Of a stretch of 64,000 nucleotides of DNA, positions 37,212-46,524 are shown piece after piece. Below the pieces are notes generated by a model. That model had not been told where the DNA came from. It saw nothing but the letters and a program-made list of their open reading frames with translations, and did not search any database. A program made the position numbers and the translations under genes. The stretch's first letter is position 1; every line of letters begins with the position of its first letter. Origin of the DNA: an uncultured delta proteobacterium (GTDB lineage Bacteria > Desulfobacterota > Binatia > UBA9968). Location of the stretch: NCBI GenBank assembly GCA_963760795.1, contig CAVXEP010000001.1, positions 1 through 64,000 on the forward strand, read 5' to 3'.

Positions 37212-38410
37212 AGGACGCTCTTTCGCTTTAGTTGTTCGATCTCCTCGATACTCATTCCGAGCCAGGATGACAAGACATCCGCGCAATGCTCGCCCAGCAG
37301 TGGCGGTGGTAGCCGCACCGACGCCGGGGTGGCGGAAAACTTAACCGGAATGCCGGCGAGCTTCACTTTGCCGGCGGTGGGATGGTCGACTTCGATGAGC
37401 ATATTGCGGTGCAGCACTTGCGGCGCGGCAAAAACTTGATCGATGGTTTGCACCGGCGCGCAGGGGACGTCGGCGGCGGTGAGCGCGGCGACCCAGTCAT
37501 TTGTCGTGCGGGTCAGAAAAATTGTTGAGAGCCTGGCGATCAATTCTATTCGATTCTCGACACGGTCGGCGTTCTTAGCGAAGCGCGGATCGTCGGCGAG
37601 TTCGGCCCGTCCCAGCGCCGGGCAGAGGCGCTGCCAGATTGTTTCGCTGGCGGCGCCGAGCACCAAAAAACTGTCGGCGGTCTGAAAGCTTTGGTAGGGC
37701 ACGATAGTCGGATGGGCGTTGCCCCAGCGGCCGGGAACTTGGCCGCCGATGAGATAGTTGCTGCCGGCGTTGATCAGCGCGGCGACTTCGGCTTCCAAAA
37801 GCGAAGTATCGAGCTTTTGGCCGACGCCGATTTTTTCTCTGGCATAAAGCGCGGCGACGATCGACTTGCCGAGCATCAAACCCGCGACCAGGTCGATGAT
37901 CGCGACGCCGACCTTGAGCGGTCCGCTCTCGGCGCTGCCGGTGACGCTCATCAAGCCGCCCCAGGCCTGCACGATCAAATCATAGCCCGGTATGTCCGCC
38001 ATAGGGCCGTCAGCGCCGAAACCCGACAGCGAAGCGTAAACCAGCCGCGGATTTTTTTCGCGCAACAGTTTTTCGCCCAAGCCCAAACGCTCCATGGCGC
38101 CGGGGCGAAAGTTTTCGATCAGCACGTCGGCGCGCTCGGCGAGTTGGCAGACAAGCGCGATGCCATCGGCCGACTTGAAGTCGACGGTGAGGCTTTTTTT
38201 GTTGCGATTGGTGCAGAGAAAATAAGCGCTCTCGCCGCCGGCGAAGGGCGGCCCCCAGCCGCGGGTGTCGTCGCCGACGCCGGGCTGCTCGACTTTCACC
38301 ACTTCGGCGCCAAGATCGCCCAAGAACATGGTGCAGTAAGGTCCGGCGAGGACGCGGGTGAGATCGAGGACGCGGATGCCGTGCAATGCGCCGTTATTCG
38401 CTTCGCTCAT
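37208..38410 (-). CDS. CoA-transferase family III (CaiB/BaiF)
   Basis: LHGIRVLDLTRVLAGP, NRNKKS, ENFRPG, GYDLIVQA, PPLLGEH. Confidence 0.92.
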   Translation of the reverse strand: MSEANNGALHGIRVLDLTRVLAGPYCTMFLGDLGAEVVKVEQPGVGDDTRGWGPPFAGGESAYFLCTNRNKKSLTVDFKSADGIALVCQLAERADVLIENFRPGAMERLGLGEKLLREKNPRLVYASLSGFGADGPMADIPGYDLIVQAWGGLMSVTGSAESGPLKVGVAIIDLVAGLMLGKSIVAALYAREKIGVGQKLDTSLLEAEVAALINAGSNYLIGGQVPGRWGNAHPTIVPYQSFQTADSFLVLGAASETIWQRLCPALGRAELADDPRFAKNADRVENRIELIARLSTIFLTRTTNDWVAALTAADVPCAPVQTIDQVFAAPQVLHRNMLIEVDHPTAGKVKLAGIPVKFSATPASVRLPPPLLGEHCADVLSSWLGMSIEEIEQLKRKSVL

Positions 38411-38423
38411 AGGAATGGGACTC

Positions 38424-38498
38424 GTTCAAAAGGTTCAACCGTTGTGCTCGGTGCAAGCCGTTCGCGCCATACGTACGGTTGAATGTTCAAGGTTCAAC
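38424..38498. repeat. GTTCAA periodic repeat element
   Basis: gttcaaaag-gttcaacc ... ttgaat-gttcaag-gttcaac. Confidence 0.55.
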
Positions 38499-38523
38499 AG
38501 GCGATTCATGAATCGCTCCTACG

Positions 38524-38898
38524 CTATTTAAATTCGATGCCTTTGGCTTTGAGAATGTCGTTCAACGTTTCGACGCCGAGCCAGAGGCCGGGCATGCCGC
38601 CGGGGATGGCCGCGACTTCGACGGCTTCCAAGACTTCGCGGGGCGCCGCGCCTAATGTCAGCGCGCGTTCGCTGTGCAGTTTTACACCGCGCGGGCGGTT
38701 GAGCGCGCAGCAGATGCCGACCATGATCAGTTCCTTGGTCTTACGCGGCAGCGCGCCTTCGCGCCCAAAGGTGCCATCGACATATATGCCTTTGAGCTTC
38801 TCGAAATACTCCGGGTCCATTTGCGCGATCAGTTCATAGGCCTTGTTCTGCGCGCCCAACGCGGTTTTTTCAAAAGCGTCTTTTGCATCTTGAGCCAT
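38524..38898 (-). CDS. Carboxymuconolactone decarboxylase (CMD/AhpD-like) family protein
   Basis: GALPRKTKELI, LHSERALTLGA..EVLEA, GGMPG. Confidence 0.82.
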   Translation of the reverse strand: MAQDAKDAFEKTALGAQNKAYELIAQMDPEYFEKLKGIYVDGTFGREGALPRKTKELIMVGICCALNRPRGVKLHSERALTLGAAPREVLEAVEVAAIPGGMPGLWLGVETLNDILKAKGIEFK

Positions 38899-38944
38899 CG
38901 TTGCCTCCTAGGTTTCGGCGTGGAATTGAGTAAGAGTGTTTTTT

Positions 38945-39025
38945 ACCACGAAGGGCACGAAGATCACGAAGCTCGGAATCATGATTAACTGAAACCTAAG
39001 TGTTCTTCGTGCAACTCCGCGGTGA
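38945..39025. repeat. Periodic palindromic element, 9-nt unit CACGAAGRN
   Basis: accacgaaggg-cacgaagat-cacgaag ... cttcgtgcaactccgcggt (degenerate right arm). Confidence 0.65.
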
Positions 39026-39066
39026 ATACTTTTCTTGCATCTCCGATCACTGTCGTGTCGCTTCGG

Positions 39067-40749
39067 CTAATCTTTCCGGGTGTTCTGGCTGATCACGACA
39101 TCGACCAGCGCTGGGCCGTTTTGATCCAAGGCGCGTTTGAGCGCCGCTTCGATGGCCTCGGGATGTTCGACGCGCTCTCCATGGATGCCGAAGGTTTCGG
39201 CGAGCCTGGCGAAGTTGATTTCCGGACCGGTGATCTCGGCGCCCATGTCGGCGGCGATGCGAATGCGCTCCTCGGTACCGCGGAACTGATTTTTGACCGC
39301 CATGTAAGCGCGATTGTTGAAGACGATGACGACCAGAGGAATGCGGTACCTGGCCAGCGTCCATAAACCTTGCAGGCCGAACATCGTGCTGCCGTCGCCC
39401 AGGCAGGCGACAACACGCCGTTTCGGCGCGGCGAGCTTGGCGCCGATGGCGGCGCCCAAGCCCCAACCTAAGTAGCCGCCGGAGGAATTGGAAAAATAAT
39501 CCCGCCCCAGTGAAAACTGAAAGTTCGACATCAAGAGATCCTTGCTGGTGGGGCTCTCGTTGACGATCAAGGTATCTTTCTCGACGAGCCGGTCCATGGT
39601 GCGGGCGACCCGCGCGGCGTTGATCGGTGTGGCGTCCCAACCTTTGCTGACACGGCTATCGATTTCGCCGGTGGCTTGGTCCTTGGCTTTGCGTAGACAT
39701 TCCAGACGCTCGGATTTCACTCCCGCTGCCGGCTCGACTTTCGCGTAGCTTTCGATCAGCGACTTGAGCGCGCTCTTGGCGTCGGCAACGATACCGATGT
39801 CGACGGGAAAAACCTTGCCGATCTCCCAGGGGTCTTCTTCGATGTGGACGATTTTTGTCGACGGTTTGATGACCGGTTCGGGGATATAGCGATATTCGCG
39901 GATCAAGCGGCAGCCGATTGCGATGATGACGTCGGGTTCGCCCCATACCGGTAGATCGAAGGAGGGTTGGCGCTCGGCGATTTGAAAACTCTGCAGATGC
40001 GTCGTTGGAAAAGACAAGAACGAATAGCGCGGTTCCATCACCACCGGGGCGGCGACCATCTCGGCGAATTTGATCAAATCTTCGGTGGCGTGCGCCTTGG
40101 CGATGGCGCTGCCGGCGACGATCAGTGGCCGCTTGGCGTGGGCGAGCATTTTAGCGGCGTCGGCAAATGCTTCGGGGTCGCCGGCGATGCGCGGCGAGAC
40201 CCGCGAACGCTCGGCGTCGGGGTTCTCTACATTGATGGATTCGCCGAGGAGATTACTCGGCAGCGCGAGATACACCGGCCCCGTGGGCGCCGACGATGCG
40301 ACTTTGAATGCGCGGTTCAAATATTCTGGAATCCGGTCGGCGCGATGAACTTCGGCGCTCCACTTGGTGAACTGCTTGGTCATCTCGACCAAGTTTTTGC
40401 CTTCCGTGTGTGAGTCGCGGCCGTCGATACGGGTGTCGACGTTTGTCGAGGTCACGATCACCGGCGAGCGATCGCGGTAGGCGTCATAAAGCGCTCCGAC
40501 GGAATTCGCCGAACCCGGCAATGTGCTTACCTGCGCCAGTTGCGGCCGCCCGGTGACGCGGGCGTGACCGTCGGCCATGGAGACGACGCAGGTCTCGTGC
40601 ATCGCCAGGATGAAGCGGATTTTCTCCTGGTCGGCGATAGTGCCGATGAATTCCTGACCGCTGGTGCCGGGCAGACCGAAAATATATTCGACGCCGTGGG
40701 CGGCGGCGACTTCTAGATAGGCTTGGGAGGCGATTTTTTCTGCGGACAT
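39067..40749 (-). CDS. Thiamine diphosphate-dependent enzyme, benzoylformate decarboxylase-like
   Basis: YIFGLPGT, MHE...MADG, GYLGWGLGAAIG, GDGS-x-NN ThDP motif. Confidence 0.85.
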   Translation of the reverse strand: MSAEKIASQAYLEVAAAHGVEYIFGLPGTSGQEFIGTIADQEKIRFILAMHETCVVSMADGHARVTGRPQLAQVSTLPGSANSVGALYDAYRDRSPVIVTSTNVDTRIDGRDSHTEGKNLVEMTKQFTKWSAEVHRADRIPEYLNRAFKVASSAPTGPVYLALPSNLLGESINVENPDAERSRVSPRIAGDPEAFADAAKMLAHAKRPLIVAGSAIAKAHATEDLIKFAEMVAAPVVMEPRYSFLSFPTTHLQSFQIAERQPSFDLPVWGEPDVIIAIGCRLIREYRYIPEPVIKPSTKIVHIEEDPWEIGKVFPVDIGIVADAKSALKSLIESYAKVEPAAGVKSERLECLRKAKDQATGEIDSRVSKGWDATPINAARVARTMDRLVEKDTLIVNESPTSKDLLMSNFQFSLGRDYFSNSSGGYLGWGLGAAIGAKLAAPKRRVVACLGDGSTMFGLQGLWTLARYRIPLVVIVFNNRAYMAVKNQFRGTEERIRIAADMGAEITGPEINFARLAETFGIHGERVEHPEAIEAALKRALDQNGPALVDVVISQNTRKD

Positions 40750-40775
40750 TATTTTCTCAGCTCCTCTTGAATAAG

Positions 40776-40884
40776 GTTCAAAGGTTCAAGGGTTCAAAGT
40801 TCAAGCGCTCGGATGGAACCAATAGAACTTTTGGAACGACCGTAACCGTATTCCGATTGAACCTTGAACCCTTGAACCTTGAAC
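40776..40884. repeat. Periodic palindromic element GTTCAA ... TTGAAC
   Basis: Four gttcaa units, spacer with ggaacc/agaac/ggaac, then four ttgaac units (inverted arm). Confidence 0.8.
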
Positions 40885-40895
40885 AAAGTATTTAG

Positions 40896-41906
40896 TCATC
40901 GATACAAGCCGTCGATGAAACCGCTGTCGTCCAACTCTTTTAGCAGAGTTGCGTTAATAAAGCGCTCCGGTGCCGCTTTGGCAGCCTCGGGGCGTTCCTT
41001 GGCGGCGAGGTCGAGGAGCGCTTTGACGCCTTTCACCGACGGATAGGGTTTGCGCGGCACAATTTTCGCCGCGAAGTATTCCCAGGTGGCGCCGACAGCT
41101 TCCATGTTGTCCGTGCGCATGTAGCGGGCGATGATCTTTTCGCTTTCTCGGCGCTGGGTTTTGAAATAGTGAATGCCTTCGACGAAAGCGCGCATTAGTC
41201 GAATTGCGGATGGTTTGTTCTGCGTCAAGAACTTCTGGCTACCCGCCATGCCGGTGATCAGGAACTCGCCGCCCAACTCGGACATGTCGAGTAAGACGTT
41301 CATGCCATCTTTCTGCGCTATGGTAGTGATCGGCGGCAAGAGAATCGCGCCGTCGAGCTGGCCGGCTTTCATGGCTTCCAACCGGGTCGACTGTTCGCCC
41401 AGCTGCAAGATCGTCACCTCGCGCGGATCGATCTTGAGATGATTGAGCGCATAGCGCGCCGCAACATCCGGCGCTGCGCCAAAACGATTGACGCCGATGC
41501 GTTTGCCCTTGAGCTGGTTAGCTGACGTGATGCTTTTGATCGTGACTAACTGGAAAGCAAAGGTGTTGACGATTCCAGCCGTCATCACCAGATCCGAACC
41601 GGCAAGATTGCTGCTGACAATCGCCGGTCCGGCCATCGCCATCGCTTGCACTTCATTCGCGACCATTGCCGCCGCCGCCGTCGGGCCGCCGGGAATGAAA
41701 ACGAGATTGACATCCAAGCCGTTTTTTCTAAACAGCCCGGCTTCTTTTGTGATCCAGATCGGCGCGTAAGCGCCGGCCTGGGCGCTGTAGCCGACGATCA
41801 TTTTTTCTTGCGCTGTCTGCGCCAGAACCGGCTGAGCGGAGAAGATCGTCGTCAAGATGATCAACCTGAAAGTGAAATGACCTGCTATGTAGCGACCGCG
41901 CTTCAT
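40896..41906 (-). CDS. ABC transporter substrate-binding protein, NMT1/SsuA-like
   Basis: APIWITKEAGLFRKNGLDV, LKGKRIGVNRFG, RKPYPS, ELDDSGFIDGLY. Confidence 0.85.
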   Translation of the reverse strand: MKRGRYIAGHFTFRLIILTTIFSAQPVLAQTAQEKMIVGYSAQAGAYAPIWITKEAGLFRKNGLDVNLVFIPGGPTAAAAMVANEVQAMAMAGPAIVSSNLAGSDLVMTAGIVNTFAFQLVTIKSITSANQLKGKRIGVNRFGAAPDVAARYALNHLKIDPREVTILQLGEQSTRLEAMKAGQLDGAILLPPITTIAQKDGMNVLLDMSELGGEFLITGMAGSQKFLTQNKPSAIRLMRAFVEGIHYFKTQRRESEKIIARYMRTDNMEAVGATWEYFAAKIVPRKPYPSVKGVKALLDLAAKERPEAAKAAPERFINATLLKELDDSGFIDGLYR

Positions 41907-42006
41907 TTTTAGTTCCTTCAGTCTGCTCACGCCTCAGTCAGCTTTTCGCTTCACCGAATCACCCGGCATGCCGATTTTGGTCTGCCGGGCCGCGTGCTGG
42001 ACTGAT

Positions 42007-42087
42007 GTAGGGGCCGACCTGCGTGTCGGCCCTCCGAACTTGGCCGCGGCTAATCGCGGGTTGGAAAACCCGCGCTCCCTTATCCGC
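42007..42087. repeat. Composite REP cluster, copy 2
   Basis: 33-nt and 37-nt blocks identical to 3759-3791 and 3829-3865. Confidence 0.75.
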
Positions 42088-42111
42088 TCCTATTCTTGCA
42101 TGTTGCCTTTT

Positions 42112-43164
42112 TCATCGAATCACCTTATCCGCCCTTACCAACACATTCGGCGGAATCGTCAGGCCGATCTGCTTTGCCGCTTTCAAATTGACGATGAACT
42201 CGAACTTGATCGGCTGCTCGACCGGGAGGTCGACAGGCTTTCGACCTTTTAGAATCTTGTCGACATATGTCGCAGCGCGGCGGAACAGGTCGTTAATGTT
42301 AACACCGTAGGTCATGAGCCCGCCGTCCTCGACGTTTTCCGGCCAAGGATATACTGCCGGAAGCCGGCTCTTTACCGCGACATCGGCAGTCTGCATTCGC
42401 TGAGCAAGAAAGGCGGGGCTCCTCAGTACGAGGACTGCGCCAGCACGCCCCTTGCTCGCGGCTAGAAATGCAGTCTCAATATTCTTAGGATCAGGTACGT
42501 CTAGGTATTGAAGCTGCACCTTGAGGGCCTCTGCGGCGAGTTCCGTCTCTTTTAACATTTGGCCGTTGCCCGCTCTGGTCGAATTACCCATGACAGCCAC
42601 ACGCGCGAGTTTCGGTACGATCTCCTTTAGCAGCTCAAGTTGTTTTCCACTTATTTCCGGCGAAAGGGCCGACAATCCGGTAATGTTCGCGCCCGGCTGC
42701 GCAAGGCTGGCGACGAATCCCGAGCCCACGGGGTCATCGTCAACGGCCATCACAATTGGAATGGAAGAAGTTGCTTCCTTGGCGGGACGGGTTACCGTCG
42801 GACCGGCCGAAACGATGACATCGACTTTGAGGCGTGCTAGCTCGACTGCGAGCGCTGGGAGGCGATCTAGTTTTCCATCTGCATATCGCCACTCAATGAC
42901 AATGTTGTTTGCCCCTTCATGATATCCAAGCTCGCGCAACCCCTGCCTGAACGCCTCGACGCGGGCCGAGATCGTGGATGGGGAGACGGCACTCAAGAAC
43001 CCTATTCGGGGGATTTTCGCTGGCTGTTGCGCCTCAACCAACGCCCCCCAGACTACGAGCATGACCACGGTGGTAATAAACCTCACCCATTTTGGATTTT
43101 GGATTTTAGATTTTCGATTATCGGATCGAAAATTCGGGAAGTGCATCCAGATTCTTTTGTGCAT
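42112..43164 (-). CDS. ABC_sub_bind family substrate-binding protein
   Basis: Paralog of 3890-4876 (AFRQGLRELGY, YVDKILKGRKPVDLPVEQP); probable start MHKRIW, with the n-region encoded by a repeat element. Confidence 0.88.
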   Translation of the reverse strand: MHKRIWMHFPNFRSDNRKSKIQNPKWVRFITTVVMLVVWGALVEAQQPAKIPRIGFLSAVSPSTISARVEAFRQGLRELGYHEGANNIVIEWRYADGKLDRLPALAVELARLKVDVIVSAGPTVTRPAKEATSSIPIVMAVDDDPVGSGFVASLAQPGANITGLSALSPEISGKQLELLKEIVPKLARVAVMGNSTRAGNGQMLKETELAAEALKVQLQYLDVPDPKNIETAFLAASKGRAGAVLVLRSPAFLAQRMQTADVAVKSRLPAVYPWPENVEDGGLMTYGVNINDLFRRAATYVDKILKGRKPVDLPVEQPIKFEFIVNLKAAKQIGLTIPPNVLVRADKVIR

Positions 43165-43211
43165 TTGTCTTTCTATCTTAATCGAAAATCGGCAATCTAA
43201 AATCCAAAATC
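43089..43211. repeat. Periodic palindromic element, 7-nt unit ATTTTGG / CCAAAAT
   Basis: attttgg-attttgg-attttag-attttcg-att ... aatcgaa-aatcggc-aatctaa-aatccaa-aatc. Confidence 0.8.
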
Positions 43212-43213
43212 GG

Positions 43214-44206
43214 TCACGGCCATACCGTCTTGATGAATCCGGTCGACTCCAGCTCATCCATGAAGCTCGGGTCCATGAATTCTTCGGCTTTACGGCCCTT
43301 GGCTTTGGGGTTGTTCTCGGCGATCAGACTCAATGAATTCTCGACGCCTTTGGGATTGATCTTGGGAATTTTCTTTATGTAGCGCGAGGCGAACAGGTCG
43401 TGGGTCGTCGCCAACATGTCGCGGTCGGTGACGCCGCCGTATTTTCTAAGTGCGCGGATGCCGAGCTCACGGTCGGTCAAAAGTCGCTTGGTGCCTTCGA
43501 TATAAGCCTTGAGAAAGCGTAGCACGGTGTCGCGGTTGGCGTTGGCGTAGCGGCGGCTCACGACCACGGTTGACGCTGGGCTTTCGAATCCCGACTCGGA
43601 GAAGTCGAGCAGAGTTTTCAAATTAAACTTTTCCGCGTGGACGGAAGTTGGAAACGACACCATGCCGCCGTCGACGGTTTTTTGCGCGATCGCGATGGCG
43701 ATGTCGGGCATGCGGCCGATCTGCACTATCTTCACGTCTTTTTGCGGCTCCAAGCCCCAATTTTTCAGCGCCGGCCGCAGCAACAAGTCGGTCAGCGAAC
43801 CGAAGCCTGTGACCGCGAGGGTTTTGCCTCTGAGATCCTGTGGTTTGGCGATGCTCGGGCTGACCATCAGCTTCATGATTTGGTTGTCGATGGAGCTAGC
43901 GACTTGAATCAAGTCGGCGCCGCCCACGGAGGCTTGCAGATAGACGACGGATGAAATCGTTGAGATATCGAGCTGGCCGGAGACATGAACCTGCACCAGT
44001 TTCACGCCTTGGACGTAAACCATCTCGCTGTCGAAGCCGTATTTCTCCAAGAGCCCGGCTTCTTTGGTGGCGAACAGCGGATAGAACGCCGCGCTCGGCG
44101 AGGGATAGCCGACGCGCAACTTTGATAGCGTGGCGCCGTCGGCAGCCAACGAATTAAAGATTGAAAATGCAAAATTGAAAATTAAAAGAACTATCCACGG
44201 TTTCAT
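43214..44206 (-). CDS. ABC transporter substrate-binding protein, NMT1/SsuA-like
   Basis: KEAGLLEKYG, DLRGKTLAVTGFGS, NPKAK, ELESTGFI. Confidence 0.85.
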   Translation of the reverse strand: MKPWIVLLIFNFAFSIFNSLAADGATLSKLRVGYPSPSAAFYPLFATKEAGLLEKYGFDSEMVYVQGVKLVQVHVSGQLDISTISSVVYLQASVGGADLIQVASSIDNQIMKLMVSPSIAKPQDLRGKTLAVTGFGSLTDLLLRPALKNWGLEPQKDVKIVQIGRMPDIAIAIAQKTVDGGMVSFPTSVHAEKFNLKTLLDFSESGFESPASTVVVSRRYANANRDTVLRFLKAYIEGTKRLLTDRELGIRALRKYGGVTDRDMLATTHDLFASRYIKKIPKINPKGVENSLSLIAENNPKAKGRKAEEFMDPSFMDELESTGFIKTVWP

Positions 44207-44265
44207 TGCTTAACCTCTATCGCAATGGCTCGCAATGCAGCCAGTCAGACGCGCACCGACTGCGG

Positions 44266-45099
44266 TTAACAGCTAAATAGTTGCTGTGCGTTGGCGAACA
44301 AGAGTTTGTCCTTCACCGCCGGTTTGAAGTTCATCTTGTCAAAGCTCGTCAGGGCTTTTTCCAAATCGACGTAAGGGAAATCCGTCCCGAAGAGCGCTTT
44401 GTCTTGCAGCCGGCCGCCGATGGCCTTTTGAAATAGTTCGGGAAGCTGTTCCGCGAGATACCCAGAGGTGTCGACGAAGAGATTCTTTTTGTGCGTAACC
44501 ACGCCGATGAGCTCTTGCTCCCAGGGCCAGCCGGGATGGGCCGCGATGATTTTCATCTTGGGAAAGTCGCGGGCGAGAGTGTCCAGGTAAATCGGCCGGC
44601 CATAATCGAGGGCGATGCCGCTGCCGCCGTCGGTGTTGGCACCGAGCACCGTGAAGCCGACATGGAACAATGCCGGCTTGCCGCTTGCCTGGATAATTTC
44701 CCAAATGTCGTAGAAGCGCTTGTCGTTGGGATAAAAGCCTTGATCGGGCGGATGAAATTTGAAGCCTTTGACCTTGGGGTTTTTCACCAGCTCCTCGGCG
44801 TAGCGGGCGACGACGGTCAAATCCGCCGCTCTGGTGTCGAGGGCGGCGAGGATGCCGGGAAAGGTCTCGGGAAACTGATTGGCCAGATCGAGCACATGTT
44901 CGTTGCTGTTGCGCGCGCCTTCGTTGACCGTCGACGGGTGCCAGCCGATCAATAGCGCTTGCACATCGTTCTTGGCATAGAGCGCGGCGAAGCCCTCAGG
45001 GGTCTGCGGGATGTCGTTCAAGTTTCTGCGAAAATAGCCGCAGGCGTGATGGTCGAGGCCGCGGGTGCTTGGATGGACGTGAACGTCAAAGGCTTTCAT
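44266..45099 (-). CDS. Amidohydrolase_2 family enzyme
   Basis: FDVHVH, GFKFHP, LFHVG, DFPKMKIIAAHPGWPW, LFGTDFP, NA. Confidence 0.88.
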   Translation of the reverse strand: MKAFDVHVHPSTRGLDHHACGYFRRNLNDIPQTPEGFAALYAKNDVQALLIGWHPSTVNEGARNSNEHVLDLANQFPETFPGILAALDTRAADLTVVARYAEELVKNPKVKGFKFHPPDQGFYPNDKRFYDIWEIIQASGKPALFHVGFTVLGANTDGGSGIALDYGRPIYLDTLARDFPKMKIIAAHPGWPWEQELIGVVTHKKNLFVDTSGYLAEQLPELFQKAIGGRLQDKALFGTDFPYVDLEKALTSFDKMNFKPAVKDKLLFANAQQLFSC

Positions 45100-45117
45100 G
45101 GAAGGTCGCTTATGATC

Positions 45118-46270
45118 TCAGAAGCGTGGGTAAAAAGTCTTGTTGCCGCCGGATCTCTCAGCGAGAATTGCTGGAATTGCCAATGGGTTCAAGCCGAGCA
45201 TTCGATTGGTTTTCTCCAGCTCCTCTCGCAGCGCCGCCGCGCCGGTGGCATCGATCTGTTTCAATGGCGGCTGCGGCATCTTGATGCCCTCGGTGGCGAC
45301 AAGATCGACGGTGGCGGGAGTCTCACCGAGCTCGGCAACGCGGGCGGCGGCGACCAACATCGACGTCATGAGCGCGCGCTTGACGTTTTCGTCGTCGAGA
45401 GATTTACCCTGGGCATCGGCCAATTCGATAAATCGTCGGATTGGGTTTCTGATCGACGTAGAATCTCGGGTTGTCCTTGGCGAGGCGGCTAAGCAACGGT
45501 GAAGAGCGCAGGAAGGTGTCGCCGCGCAGTTCCGCCATGATGCGCGTGACATCTTCGACGATGGCCGGCTTCCAACTGTCGAAGCTCACGAACGGCGGGA
45601 GCAGTTTTAACTCCTTCGCCGCTTGGTCGACCTGGTCGATACGCGCGCCCAGTTCAAGTAAACGCACCGCCATGACGGCATAGATCATCAGGATGCCGTT
45701 GGAGACGAAGCCGGAGATGTCTTGCACCGGCACCGGATCGCGGCCGAGAGTTGTAAGAAAAGATAGGATCGATTCCCGGTTCGGCGCCGTCATGTCACCG
45801 CTGACGAATTCGACCATCTGCGTGTAGAGCACGGGATTGAAAAAGTGCGTCAGGGAAAAATTCTCGCGGTTGACGATCCCATCGCGCAATAGAGTCGCGC
45901 GGGTGACCGACGATGTGTTGGTCGTCAGCAGGCCGGCGAAGCCGGCGTCGCGGAGAGCTTTGTAGACCGCGAGCTTGACCTGAGTTTTTTCGGAAACCGC
46001 TTCGGTGACCAGGTTGGCTTGCGCCAGCGCCGCTACGCCGTCGGCAGGCACGAGCAGTCTTCGCAGATTGTCGATCTCGCCACCCGAAATGCGATTGCGC
46101 TTTTGCAAGCGGTCGATGGTTTGCTCGCGCCGGTCGGCCAGCGAATCCATTGCCGCCTTCGCGGCGTCATAGGCCAGCGTGCGAAAGCCCTTCATGGCGT
46201 AGAGAAAGGCGATGTCGAAGCCCATGACGCCGAGGCCGATGACGCCGACGGTTTTGATTTGAGTTTCCAT
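45118..46270 (-). CDS. 3-hydroxyacyl-CoA dehydrogenase family protein, +1 frameshift near 45428
   Basis: VGVIGLGVMG, EAVSE, TNTSS, HFFNP, GFVSN; C-terminus (ELADAQG...VDLVATEGIKMPQPPLKQIDATG) lies in the next frame. Confidence 0.8.
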
Positions 46271-46373
46271 GTGAACGTTGTTGGAGCGAGTTGGACTCGA
46301 CCGGAAATATCATAGGCGCTGGGGCAACACAATGTGAGATGAGTGGGTTGCGCGTCGGTTCAGTGGTCCGGAG

Positions 46374-46400
46374 AGATTTCTCGCTGCGCTCGAAAGGACA
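46374..46400 (-). repeat. TGTCATTTCGAGCGCAGCGAGAAATCT-family REP
   Basis: Reverse complement matches 6264-6290 at 26/27 nt. Confidence 0.7.
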
Positions 46401-46455
46401 GTTGCGCGGCAGTTAGAACCCAATGCCGGTGACACGCCTTGGATGAAATCTTGCC

Positions 46456-46484
46456 TTGACTTGGTTTCACCCCTTCTCTAAGTT
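46456..46484 (+). promoter_or_regulatory. Sigma70-like promoter
   Basis: TTGACT-N17-TAAGTT upstream of the GGAGG RBS and ATG 46525. Confidence 0.45.
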
Positions 46485-46524
46485 CAGCCTCGGCACGCTG
46501 CGACGCGGCAATAACGGAGGTTCG

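Noticed and set aside
40776-40884. Resemblance of CCTTGAACC/GGTTCAAGG to the 6S RNA terminal motif
   Set aside because: The motif is a multi-copy periodic repeat found at six sites, and the long rod with a central bubble expected for 6S RNA is not evident.
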